Of a stretch of 64,000 bases of DNA, positions 46,454 through 55,160 are shown one piece after another. Under the pieces are notes generated by a model. It was not told where the DNA came from. It did no database searches and was given only the letters and a program-made list of their open reading frames with translations. This DNA comes from Bdellovibrionota bacterium. Lineage in GTDB: Bacteria; Bdellovibrionota; UBA2428. The position numbers were made by a program, and so were the translations under genes. Numbering within the stretch: position 1 is the first letter of the stretch; each line of letters opens with the position of its first letter. The stretch is taken from positions 32,426 through 96,425 of the forward strand of contig CAXNGS010000006.1 of NCBI GenBank assembly GCA_964202055.1, written 5' to 3'.

Positions 46454-47094
46454 AGGAGAAATCCCCATCCCATTCGAATCCCAATCGATCGGTCTGAATT
46501 CTTGCCGCGCGCTTCGCGCAGAATCACCGCGGATAAAGAGGCGGTGGATAGTTTGTAGGGAACTTCAAGACCCATGCTGGCTTCAAAGCCGCGCCCCCAT
46601 CCGCTAACGCTAGAAAATTCGGTCGAATGATTGGTCCAGTAAAGCGAAGATCGAAGTCCCATTCGCGAAACAGCGTTCAGGTGTTTTCCAATCGCCATTT
46701 CCGAACGCAAATAAAATTCTGCGGGCACTTCATAAAAACTTTGAGTGGGCGCCGACCAGGTGGATAGCCCTAGGCTGGCCCCGGTTCCGATGCGGGCATC
46801 ACCAAGCTTCCATAGTTTCGGTTGCTCCAGGCTCACTTCAAAACTGGGGACTTGAGTGGCTTCAAATTTTTGGCTGCGTGCAAAAGAATCTGCAAAAGTT
46901 AAATCAGGTCGCGTGAAAAAAGATGTGCTCAATGACAATCGGCTGCTGTTGCGAAGTTTAAAGGCATCGCGGGTCGCGAGGCTGTCCATTTCAAGAGTGC
47001 TCACTTCTTGGGGCAATGGAACGCTAATGGTTTTGCTGTGATCGACAGACGTAAAGGCTGGTTTCAGCAAAGCAGCCGCTAAAAGTAAAAGCAC
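46450..47094 (-). CDS. Small beta-barrel-like outer-membrane protein candidate
   Basis: GTG start after GAGAGAGAGG. Short hydrophobic N-terminus. Alternating hydrophobic beta-strand pattern ending in an aromatic-rich C-terminus (IRMGWGFLL). Confidence 0.4.
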   Translation of the reverse strand: MLLLLAAALLKPAFTSVDHSKTISVPLPQEVSTLEMDSLATRDAFKLRNSSRLSLSTSFFTRPDLTFADSFARSQKFEATQVPSFEVSLEQPKLWKLGDARIGTGASLGLSTWSAPTQSFYEVPAEFYLRSEMAIGKHLNAVSRMGLRSSLYWTNHSTEFSSVSGWGRGFEASMGLEVPYKLSTASLSAVILREARGKNSDRSIGIRMGWGFLL

Positions 47095-47121
47095 GGTACC
47101 CTCTCTCTCAAATTCAGGCCC

Positions 47122-48486
47122 CTATTGGGCCTTTCCCGACTCTTTCCCCATTTCCCTAATCAACGCGGATTCAATCGTTTTGGGAAGATCAGAAACGTTC
47201 CAACCATTAGCTACATAACATTGAGTAAAAGCTTCTAACACCTGAAACTGTGAGCGAGCAAAAGAGCGATCGGCATCGGCTAATTGCTTTTGAGTTTCAG
47301 ACACTTGTTGATAGTCGCTTGTGCCGATTTGATAATTCTTTTGAGCCACGGACACCGCTTCTTGAGCTTGCTTGTAGGCGGTGAGCGATGCGCTTTCTAC
47401 ATCGCGGGCATTTTCGAATTCTTGAATCGCCCGAACGCGGCTGAGTTCCAAATTTTTAGCCATGTTTTGAGCCAGGTATTCCAGCTGTAATTCTCGTGAG
47501 CGAAGTTCTCGGCGCTCGTAGACCGACTCCAATCCAGAAAAAAGCGGAACGGTTAATCGCACGCCGGCATTCCAAGCGGTGTTGTCGGAGTTTCCTAAAT
47601 TTGTAAATTCGTAACCATAACGACTGATGTTGGCAAAGCCAGCTAGTTGCGGAAAATGTTTGGCCAAAATCACCGATCGCTCATCACTCACTCGTGCAAG
47701 ATTCAGTTGCAGTGATTTCCACTCGGGGCGCTCTTCGGCTTTTTTGTTAATCGGAAGCTGAAAAGACCAGGGGCCAAGACGGCCTTTGATCACGAGTTCG
47801 TGTAGGTCATCCATTCCCGCCAAATCCGCTAATTCCGAAGCCAAAATCGAAAGCTCGTTTCGACCTTGGGTAAGTTGCGGGGCAAGCAACGCTAATTGAG
47901 TTTTAATCTGAAGCACCGAAAGCTTTGATTCGTTGCCGACTTGGTATCGGCGTTGAGCGGTGCTTAGTAATTTCTCTTGAATGACTTTTAGCCGCTCGAC
48001 GGTTTCCATTGATCGCTGCGCTAATAAAATTCGATGAAAGAGTTGAATGCCTTCGACGGTTAAATCGCGTTCGGTTTTTTCGATATTAAGTTTCTGCAAT
48101 TTTTCATCTTTGTCCGCGGCTCGGCGCGCGGCACTGAGTTTGCCGCCGGAATAAATGGGAGCCACCACTTCGATCAATCCTGAATAGGTGTTGTAGGAGT
48201 CGCCATTGAACAAAGCCGCTGAACTACTAAGCGCGTCTTCTTTTCGGGCCCAGGTAAGCGACGAGGAAACAGAGGGCAAAGCACCGGCCACTACGGTTCG
48301 TTGATGGGCGTCGATTTGAGTGAGTTTTTCTTTTTCGAGCTTTAATCGCGGTTGTGATTGCAGAATTTTTTCAATCGTTGCACTCAAAGTGAGGGTCTCA
48401 GCATTGGCTGAAATCGGAGGAGTCAGAAGAATGAAGCCAAGAATGCTCAGGACGAATGGAAGGTGTTTTAGTTTCATTTTTTCCAT
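47122..48486 (-). CDS. TolC/OEP-family outer membrane channel protein (paralog A)
   Basis: 454 aa, signal peptide ending ISANA-E. OEP repeats (LSATIEKILQSQPRLKLEK..., RRYQVGNESKLSVLQIKTQLALLAPQL, YQIGTSDYQQVSETQKQLADADRSFARSQFQ). Confidence 0.75.
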   Translation of the reverse strand: MEKMKLKHLPFVLSILGFILLTPPISANAETLTLSATIEKILQSQPRLKLEKEKLTQIDAHQRTVVAGALPSVSSSLTWARKEDALSSSAALFNGDSYNTYSGLIEVVAPIYSGGKLSAARRAADKDEKLQKLNIEKTERDLTVEGIQLFHRILLAQRSMETVERLKVIQEKLLSTAQRRYQVGNESKLSVLQIKTQLALLAPQLTQGRNELSILASELADLAGMDDLHELVIKGRLGPWSFQLPINKKAEERPEWKSLQLNLARVSDERSVILAKHFPQLAGFANISRYGYEFTNLGNSDNTAWNAGVRLTVPLFSGLESVYERRELRSRELQLEYLAQNMAKNLELSRVRAIQEFENARDVESASLTAYKQAQEAVSVAQKNYQIGTSDYQQVSETQKQLADADRSFARSQFQVLEAFTQCYVANGWNVSDLPKTIESALIREMGKESGKAQ

Positions 48487-48606
48487 GGCAAATAAGTGCT
48501 AACACTCGGAATTCTCACTGTTAACTACTCTCGAAGGAAAGCTTTACCTGGAGGCCTAGTCTTTGGTTGACTCATTGCGTTAGACTGTGAAATAACAATG
48601 GGCTAG

Positions 48607-51423
48607 ATGAAGTACTTGGTGGGCGCAATCAGACATAAATATCTGAAATTATTGTCTTTAACTTTGGCGCTAGGCTCTCAAATAAGCCTAGCCGTTGGTG
48701 AAAAAGTTCAACCACTTCCGCCTTCGACCGTGATCAAAGGCAGCGCCGCATCGGTCAACGACGCGGTTGAAAAAATGTGGGGCACCGAAGCCTATGAGTC
48801 TCCCGATCCCTCTCACTATCAAACAGGAGTCGGAAACGTCACCAGCATCGAGAAGACCGCGATCAAAGAATTCATCGCCAAAAATTCTAGCGGACACATC
48901 TACATTGCGCGCTACGGAATGTCGGATCCAGAATTAGTGCAAATATTAAAATCAGCGATCAAAAAAGGCTTAAGCATTTCTTTGATCGTGGATTTGAACC
49001 GCGCATTGGAAGCGGGCTCGGATGCCAAGGCTCCTCGAAGTGACTTCGAGAATATGGCGAGAATGCGAAATGAAATGGCCAAAGGCATCGAAGAATTGCT
49101 AGCGGCTGGGTGCAAGTTCAACACTGGTAAATGCCGAATTTTGAGCCAACCAGTTTTCCCGCGAGCCAATGACGAGATGATCGATATCCTTCATGACAAG
49201 GCATTGCTGTTGGTTTCTAACGAAGGCGCGACTAACGAGCACATCGAATTTTTCCACGGCACCGCAAATTTTTCTGACCTTACTCGAATCAACACATTGA
49301 TGAAGGTTCGCGACCAAACAGCCGCTAAACATTATCTAACGGTGCTTAAAGCTTTGGCCTCCACTTTTGAAAAAGGTGGAACCATCCGCGATATCCCCCC
49401 CATGGCTCCGTTGAAAGTCGAATATGCTGATGGATCCTTTATGGAGTTGGCTTCGACTTTCGGTCGTTACAACACCAACGATCGCATTCAGCAGCTTTTT
49501 ACCCGAGCGACTCAAGACCCGACTTTAAAAATCGAAGCAGTTTATATGAATCACTTTGTGGTGACTCATCGTCCAACAGTCGAAGCCTTGGTCGAGGCCA
49601 TGAAGGCGCAAAAAGAATTCCGCGTTCGGGGATTGGTCGATGATCAATTCATTGAACAAGGCAGCCAAGGTTTGGCGGGAACATTGGAAGGTTTTGATGT
49701 CTTTCGTAAATGGGGCGGACCGGTTGTGGGACACGGATTTGAAATCAACTCGCGAGTTGATTTGTTTGCCTACCAAGCCCAAGGCATGAATTTGATCACG
49801 GGAAAAGTCTTGGATGAAACCGATCCCGAAGAATCGCATGCCCAGAAAAAATTGCAGCACAATAAAACCACTGTGGTTTTCGTCAATGAAGGCGGCAAGC
49901 AATGGGCTTATGTGTTTTTCGGAAGTTTCAATTTAAGTGGCCACTTCCAAAATTCCGAATTCCAAATGATGTTGAAAGTCCCGGCTGATTCCTACATCGC
50001 GCTTCATGCGAAGTGGGATTTCGATAATATCACCCGCACCCAGCCAGAAAATGCGCTGCCGATGGGCAAAGCGGTCGTTCGAAATTTGATTGCTGATTAC
50101 TCCGACCAATCAGACCAAGTGGTTAGCTTAGTGGACATCAAGCGCGCCGAAGACGCTATTTTAAAGCGAAATTATGCAGAGCTCTTTAGTTTGATCCGCG
50201 AGGTTCACGCCCGCAAGAGCACGATGGTTAAACGTAAAACATCGGCAGAGCTGAACGCGGCTATTCAAGACATGGAAGAGTACCTGCGCTGGTACGCGGC
50301 CAATACCACGCCATCTGAATTAGGCGATTACTATCGTTTGCGAAAATTCGTTTCCTTAATGTACGTCAAAGAAAACAGTCATCTGGATGCCTGGAACTTA
50401 GAAAAAGCTTTGCGTGGCGCGCTCTGGCGTCCCCAAATCGATCAAGCAGAATTAGATCGATTGGTTTCTGAGTCTTGGAGAATTTTAAAATTCCCCGGAA
50501 TCCCAAGCTACGAATCACGCCGAGCCCGAGACGCGGCGACTGCCGTGACACTACCCGCACTGAGCGTGGGCATGAGCTGGATTTTTGATTGGGACGACAA
50601 CATCGCTTTCATGCCGACTAAAGTTTACGTCTATCACAAAACTACCGGAGCTGAAGTCGCAATCACCACTCAGCAATTCGCTGAAATTCGTGACTCGATC
50701 AAAAGCGGCACCGGCGAGTGGGGCCAGTTTGAACTGCGCAAAGATAAAGTCACCGGAAGTTTCCGTCGTTTTGAATCGGGCATAGACGGCAATTTCTTTT
50801 TAGAAGATTTAGCGTCGATGGTTGAAGGACCGGAATTTGAAAAACGCAAAGGTCCAGCATGGAATCGAATGGTCGAAGCCTTGAGCACCGAATATTCCGC
50901 CAAGCAGTTTTTCATTTTGACCGCCCGCTCGAATTTACCGGAAGAAATTTTTGAAGGTTTACAATATTTGCATAAAAAAGGATTCATCAAATTCTTGCCG
51001 CCCAAAGCTAACATTTATTCGGCTCAAGACCCGGCCAATCCGTCGGCCGCTAAGGCCGCTAAATTTGTCGAGCATTTGGACCGTCAATCACGCACGGTGG
51101 TTTCGGCCAGCGCGCCTAAAGTTTTAGATCGCGATGGCGTGAATCAAGCTCAAACTCACTTGGTTGGTTATTCTGATGATGACTGGGGAAATTTTGAGGC
51201 GGTGATGAACGCGGCGGTTGCCGGCGTTAAATCCAACAAATGGCGCAACATCAAAATCGTTTTGAAATACACCGGTCGTGACGCTCGTGGTGCGAACATG
51301 CGCTCGGTTGTGATCAAGTCGGATGGTTCTTTACGTCCTTCGATTGAATGCGAGAACTCCGCGTTCCGAATTCATTTGATGGGTTGCGAAGCGCCGCTTT
51401 CAACTCCGAAGACTGCGGCTTAA
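48607..51423 (+). CDS. Secreted fusion protein: tandem PLD-superfamily (variant HxK) domains + C-terminal HAD-type phosphatase domain
   Basis: Signal peptide LSLTLALGSQISLAVG. ILHDKALLLVSNEG...FFHGTANFS and LQHNKTTVVFVNEGG...FFGSFNLS (HxK...G-S/T-x-N, Asp absent). HAD motifs FDWDDNI, ILTARS, GYSDDDWGN. Confidence 0.55.
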   Translation: MKYLVGAIRHKYLKLLSLTLALGSQISLAVGEKVQPLPPSTVIKGSAASVNDAVEKMWGTEAYESPDPSHYQTGVGNVTSIEKTAIKEFIAKNSSGHIYIARYGMSDPELVQILKSAIKKGLSISLIVDLNRALEAGSDAKAPRSDFENMARMRNEMAKGIEELLAAGCKFNTGKCRILSQPVFPRANDEMIDILHDKALLLVSNEGATNEHIEFFHGTANFSDLTRINTLMKVRDQTAAKHYLTVLKALASTFEKGGTIRDIPPMAPLKVEYADGSFMELASTFGRYNTNDRIQQLFTRATQDPTLKIEAVYMNHFVVTHRPTVEALVEAMKAQKEFRVRGLVDDQFIEQGSQGLAGTLEGFDVFRKWGGPVVGHGFEINSRVDLFAYQAQGMNLITGKVLDETDPEESHAQKKLQHNKTTVVFVNEGGKQWAYVFFGSFNLSGHFQNSEFQMMLKVPADSYIALHAKWDFDNITRTQPENALPMGKAVVRNLIADYSDQSDQVVSLVDIKRAEDAILKRNYAELFSLIREVHARKSTMVKRKTSAELNAAIQDMEEYLRWYAANTTPSELGDYYRLRKFVSLMYVKENSHLDAWNLEKALRGALWRPQIDQAELDRLVSESWRILKFPGIPSYESRRARDAATAVTLPALSVGMSWIFDWDDNIAFMPTKVYVYHKTTGAEVAITTQQFAEIRDSIKSGTGEWGQFELRKDKVTGSFRRFESGIDGNFFLEDLASMVEGPEFEKRKGPAWNRMVEALSTEYSAKQFFILTARSNLPEEIFEGLQYLHKKGFIKFLPPKANIYSAQDPANPSAAKAAKFVEHLDRQSRTVVSASAPKVLDRDGVNQAQTHLVGYSDDDWGNFEAVMNAAVAGVKSNKWRNIKIVLKYTGRDARGANMRSVVIKSDGSLRPSIECENSAFRIHLMGCEAPLSTPKTAA

Positions 51424-51429
51424 TTTTTT

Positions 51430-52608
51430 ATGAAACCGGATGCTTGGTATAAGGGTACGGTTTCGCTGGCTCGCGAAAATATTGAACTCACTTTTAACGT
51501 GCCTCACGATGTTTTCTCGACGCTTCAAATTGACGAGGGAACGCTTGCGCTTTTGGATCATTTGCCGACTTCTAAACCTTCGCTCATCCTAGATATGGGT
51601 TGCGGGTATGGCGCGCTAGGATTGCCGGTAGCCGCGTTAAATATGGAAGCCGAAGTTCACATGGTCGATCGGGATTTGCTGGCGGTGGAGTGGGCGGGGC
51701 GCAACGCTGAAAATAATGTGTTGGCCAACACCGAGATCTACGGAAGCTTGGGTTTTCGAGATCTTCGCCACGGCAAACGCTTATTTGATTGGATTCTCTG
51801 CAATGTCCCAGCTCGGATCGGCGATCGTTTTATTGAAGATTTGTTTGTTAGTGGAAATGCGCTGCTGGCTTCGGGTGGCGAAATTCGAGTGGTGGTGATT
51901 CGCGATTTGGGCCCGACGGTTGAAAAAATTGGCGAAGAAAATAAATTGCCGATTGAGCTAATTCATCGAGGGCCCCGTCACATTGTTTATGCTCTGAAAA
52001 AATCGGGCGTCGCGAAAGCTTCGGCCGATGCTGATTCACAAAGACTTTATCAGCGTGATCGAATTTCCGTGGGTGGAGTGGAATTTGATCGACCCTATGA
52101 CATTTCGGGGGATTCCATTCGGGTCGAGAAGGCCTTGCCGATTTTGATCGATGGAATGCCCAAACGAGAACAGGGCGATGTTTTGTGCGTGCGATCTTCG
52201 TATGGGATTTTGCCGATTTTGTCGCGGGTTCGATGGCCGGGATCCCGCGTGAAAACTTTCGATCGAGATTTGTTGGCGACGACTTTCACACGAGAAAACG
52301 CCGCGCGACTTGATTTGATGAATCCGCAATTAGAAATCGAAGATGCCGTTGATTTACATTTATATGCAGCTAATAAAAAAACGCGCTTTGATTTGATCAC
52401 AGTCGAAGTCTCGGCATCCGTAGGCCGCGCAGTGGTCGAGGACGAGCTGGCTTTAGTGATGGAGTTATTGAAGCCCGGTGCCCAAGCATTGCTTTTGTGT
52501 GGTGATCGTTTGGCGAAGGAAGTTTTAGAACCTTTTGCCAAGCGCAAAAAAGTATCGCTCTATACGCTGATCACGCGAAATTCGATGAGCTTATTGCGAA
52601 TGTCGTAA
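51430..52608 (+). CDS. Class I SAM-dependent methyltransferase, tandem-domain (RsmC/RlmG-like architecture)
   Basis: N-domain motif I ILDMGCGYGALGL and motif IV-like ILCNVPARIG. The second domain has degenerate equivalents (VLCVRSSYGILPIL, DLITVEVSASVG). 6-nt gap after the upstream gene. Confidence 0.6.
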   Translation: MKPDAWYKGTVSLARENIELTFNVPHDVFSTLQIDEGTLALLDHLPTSKPSLILDMGCGYGALGLPVAALNMEAEVHMVDRDLLAVEWAGRNAENNVLANTEIYGSLGFRDLRHGKRLFDWILCNVPARIGDRFIEDLFVSGNALLASGGEIRVVVIRDLGPTVEKIGEENKLPIELIHRGPRHIVYALKKSGVAKASADADSQRLYQRDRISVGGVEFDRPYDISGDSIRVEKALPILIDGMPKREQGDVLCVRSSYGILPILSRVRWPGSRVKTFDRDLLATTFTRENAARLDLMNPQLEIEDAVDLHLYAANKKTRFDLITVEVSASVGRAVVEDELALVMELLKPGAQALLLCGDRLAKEVLEPFAKRKKVSLYTLITRNSMSLLRMS

Positions 52609-52784
52609 CGGGAAATAGTTTTAACCTTACCTAGGGCCAACGTTGCGGCGCGGATCACCGCGGGCTCGGTGCGCGCTGCGCGCTGCGACAGCATTATTAT
52701 TTGAGCCAAGTCCCTTTAGAAAGAATCCAGATTTGACGGAATTACTCTTGCCCATCTATCAATTCACCAGAGCGGGGTTTCATT

Positions 52785-55097
52785 TTGGCTTTATTAAATA
52801 AGCACAAGCGTTGGGCTTGTCCTTTCATTCTTGCACTTGCCGTAGGAAATCCTATGACTGGCTTTGGCCTTTCAGGAATTTCTACGCCGCCCAGTGGCAG
52901 TCTCGACAATGCAAAGCAACTCACCGATGCCTTTGGACGAATGTGCCCGAGTCAAAGTGTCTGGACTCAAAACGCGGTGAATGCGGCTCGAAGTCTTGAG
53001 GCGATGCTGGATGGCATCAAAGACGATCCAAACTGTAAATCATTGTCCTCGGCATTGACGAGCGTGCGCACTCTTCAAACGGCTCTTGATCGCCATGCTC
53101 AAAATCAAAATGCGATTGCTTATGTTGGAATGCGCCGAGAGCGCCACGAGCTACTTTTGCAACTTCAAGAAACTACCGACCCAGATGTCCGGAACACTTT
53201 GGCCAATCGACTTCGGGACACAGAAATTCAACTCGGATCGATTGAAGAAACAAATCATTATAGCGATTCACGATTAACCGAAGCGCTCGTTACCAAACAG
53301 GTCGTGTCATCCATGCAAGCGGTGTTGTCGCAATCGCTGGCCCAAGAAAAATGTTTTCTTGGCAAGCCGCAGATATTTACTGATTTGGCGGCGGTGTCCG
53401 GTTCGATCGGCGCCGTTGTGCTTTCTGGGGGAATCAGCCTAGCGGTTGCGGCGGGAGTCGAGCTCATCGGCTCTGGAGTTGAATATGCAAGAAAAGCTTC
53501 GCTCTCTAGAAAGATCGCCAAAATCAATCAAGCGGCGATTCATTCGTCATTCACTTGCGCGCTTGAAGCGCTTTCCAACCAGTGGTGTTCTGCTCAAGAA
53601 ACGACGTCACTCATTCGTAGTCGTACTGAATCACGTCGCTTAGAAGACGATTTCAGTCTTGGACTCAATCTTCTCAGTCGGGAAATGCCGATTTTAATGG
53701 AATGGCTAGACCAGGTACAATCGGGGACCCGCCCAACGAATTCAGCCGAAGCAGAGCGACAAAAAGATTTCTATAAAAAAGAACAAGCCCTCAAATCATT
53801 TGAAGCTTCGGTCTATGCGATTCTAGGAGAATATAAATTTCGACTGCCCCCAGAAGGGGATCTCGAAGGCCGTTTCAAGACCCTTCGAAACGCGATCCAA
53901 AATCTCTTTGAAAATGTCATCTCTAGGGGCCCGGACCACCCGATTTTTGAGGTCATCGACGCTGCCGAATTCGGATGGCGAATCGCAGGCATTGATAAGC
54001 CGCCGGAGTATTCAGCTGACTCTGGACAGTCCGGTTATAAAGATTTTTTTAGTTATCCAATCGAAGCTTTTAAAAAAGAATTCCCTGATGTTTATCCACT
54101 CGAAATTGATCGCATTCGAGAAAATGCCGAAAAGCTGATCACCGCATCTCGCACTCGCTTGGCCTCAGAGCGGGCGCGAATTTTTCAACCCAATCCACGT
54201 TTAATCTTGTGGGACGTAGAAACTCCTACTCATTCAGGGATGATTCGCAACGTTACACCGCTCAGTGCCCTGCGCGCCATTAAGTCCTATCTTTCAGCTG
54301 CCATCGAAGGCAACTTAAAGGCGTACTCGGAATTAAGCGGCAACCGAAAAATTGTCTATGAAGACACGGTAACCCGACTTGATGAAATTGAAAAAGCCAT
54401 TAGCGCCGCGCTGGTTTCAGTTCCGCGAAGCACTCCGCCTTTTAATTCATCTCCCATGTTGGATGCTTCGAAAAATAACACAATCGATCAAAGTAAAGCT
54501 CTTGCAACCATTTCCTATATTTATGAAATTGCTCAACTCGAACATGGCCGCACGGTCATGGAAGGAACTCTTCGACGAATTCTTCGCGATCGTTTGAGCA
54601 AATGGATTTTGGATCCCAGCCATCAATTCGCAGACACAAGTCGTTCAGCGCAATTGCTTGCAGCTCAAGACATCATTGATGAGTATCGCGACCTTGGACA
54701 AAATTCGCTGATCAATATGCAATATGACTTATCAAACGCTTCTTTGATCACAAAAAATACAACTCAAGGATTTGCAGAAGTGTTTTCCGAAAATCTGGCC
54801 AAAGCTTTGGAATTTTATCGCGTGAATTCAACCGCAACAGACACTCGATTGCTTACAAAAATGTGTCTGCTCTTGTTGGCGGTTCCCGATTGGCAATCGA
54901 AGGAACTTTCACGCGTTCCCATTAAGTATTGCACGGGTTTAACTCAGCCTTCGATTTTCCAAGGTGGTAAGCCTTCCTTAACCATCCAAGAGTCTCACTA
55001 CAAATTTACCGATTATTCCGATCGAGCTTGTCAGTATCGAAGATTTCTACGATCCGAGCGTCTTGAAGAAAGCTTTGATCGTCAGCCAGCACCCTAA
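52785..55097 (+). CDS. Large (about 770 aa) predicted exported, mostly helical protein of unknown function
   Basis: Long ORF starting at TTG 52785 (alternative ATG about 52853). N-terminal hydrophobic segment WACPFILALAVGNPMTGFG. No family motif recognised. Confidence 0.5.
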   Translation: MALLNKHKRWACPFILALAVGNPMTGFGLSGISTPPSGSLDNAKQLTDAFGRMCPSQSVWTQNAVNAARSLEAMLDGIKDDPNCKSLSSALTSVRTLQTALDRHAQNQNAIAYVGMRRERHELLLQLQETTDPDVRNTLANRLRDTEIQLGSIEETNHYSDSRLTEALVTKQVVSSMQAVLSQSLAQEKCFLGKPQIFTDLAAVSGSIGAVVLSGGISLAVAAGVELIGSGVEYARKASLSRKIAKINQAAIHSSFTCALEALSNQWCSAQETTSLIRSRTESRRLEDDFSLGLNLLSREMPILMEWLDQVQSGTRPTNSAEAERQKDFYKKEQALKSFEASVYAILGEYKFRLPPEGDLEGRFKTLRNAIQNLFENVISRGPDHPIFEVIDAAEFGWRIAGIDKPPEYSADSGQSGYKDFFSYPIEAFKKEFPDVYPLEIDRIRENAEKLITASRTRLASERARIFQPNPRLILWDVETPTHSGMIRNVTPLSALRAIKSYLSAAIEGNLKAYSELSGNRKIVYEDTVTRLDEIEKAISAALVSVPRSTPPFNSSPMLDASKNNTIDQSKALATISYIYEIAQLEHGRTVMEGTLRRILRDRLSKWILDPSHQFADTSRSAQLLAAQDIIDEYRDLGQNSLINMQYDLSNASLITKNTTQGFAEVFSENLAKALEFYRVNSTATDTRLLTKMCLLLLAVPDWQSKELSRVPIKYCTGLTQPSIFQGGKPSLTIQESHYKFTDYSDRACQYRRFLRSERLEESFDRQPAP

Positions 55098-55106
55098 AAT
55101 AAAAAA

Positions 55107-55140
55107 GGGCTTCATCGGGCTTAGTTGCCCGATGAAGCCC
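55107..55140 (-). terminator. Rho-independent terminator of the minus-strand vWA gene (hairpin shared with the convergent plus-strand gene)
   Basis: GGGCTTCATCGGGC / TTAGTT / GCCCGATGAAGCCC perfect 14-bp stem. The T-run follows on the minus strand (A-run 55101-55106 on plus). Confidence 0.85.
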
Positions 55141-55160
55141 TCGTTGCGAGCCGCTAAAAA

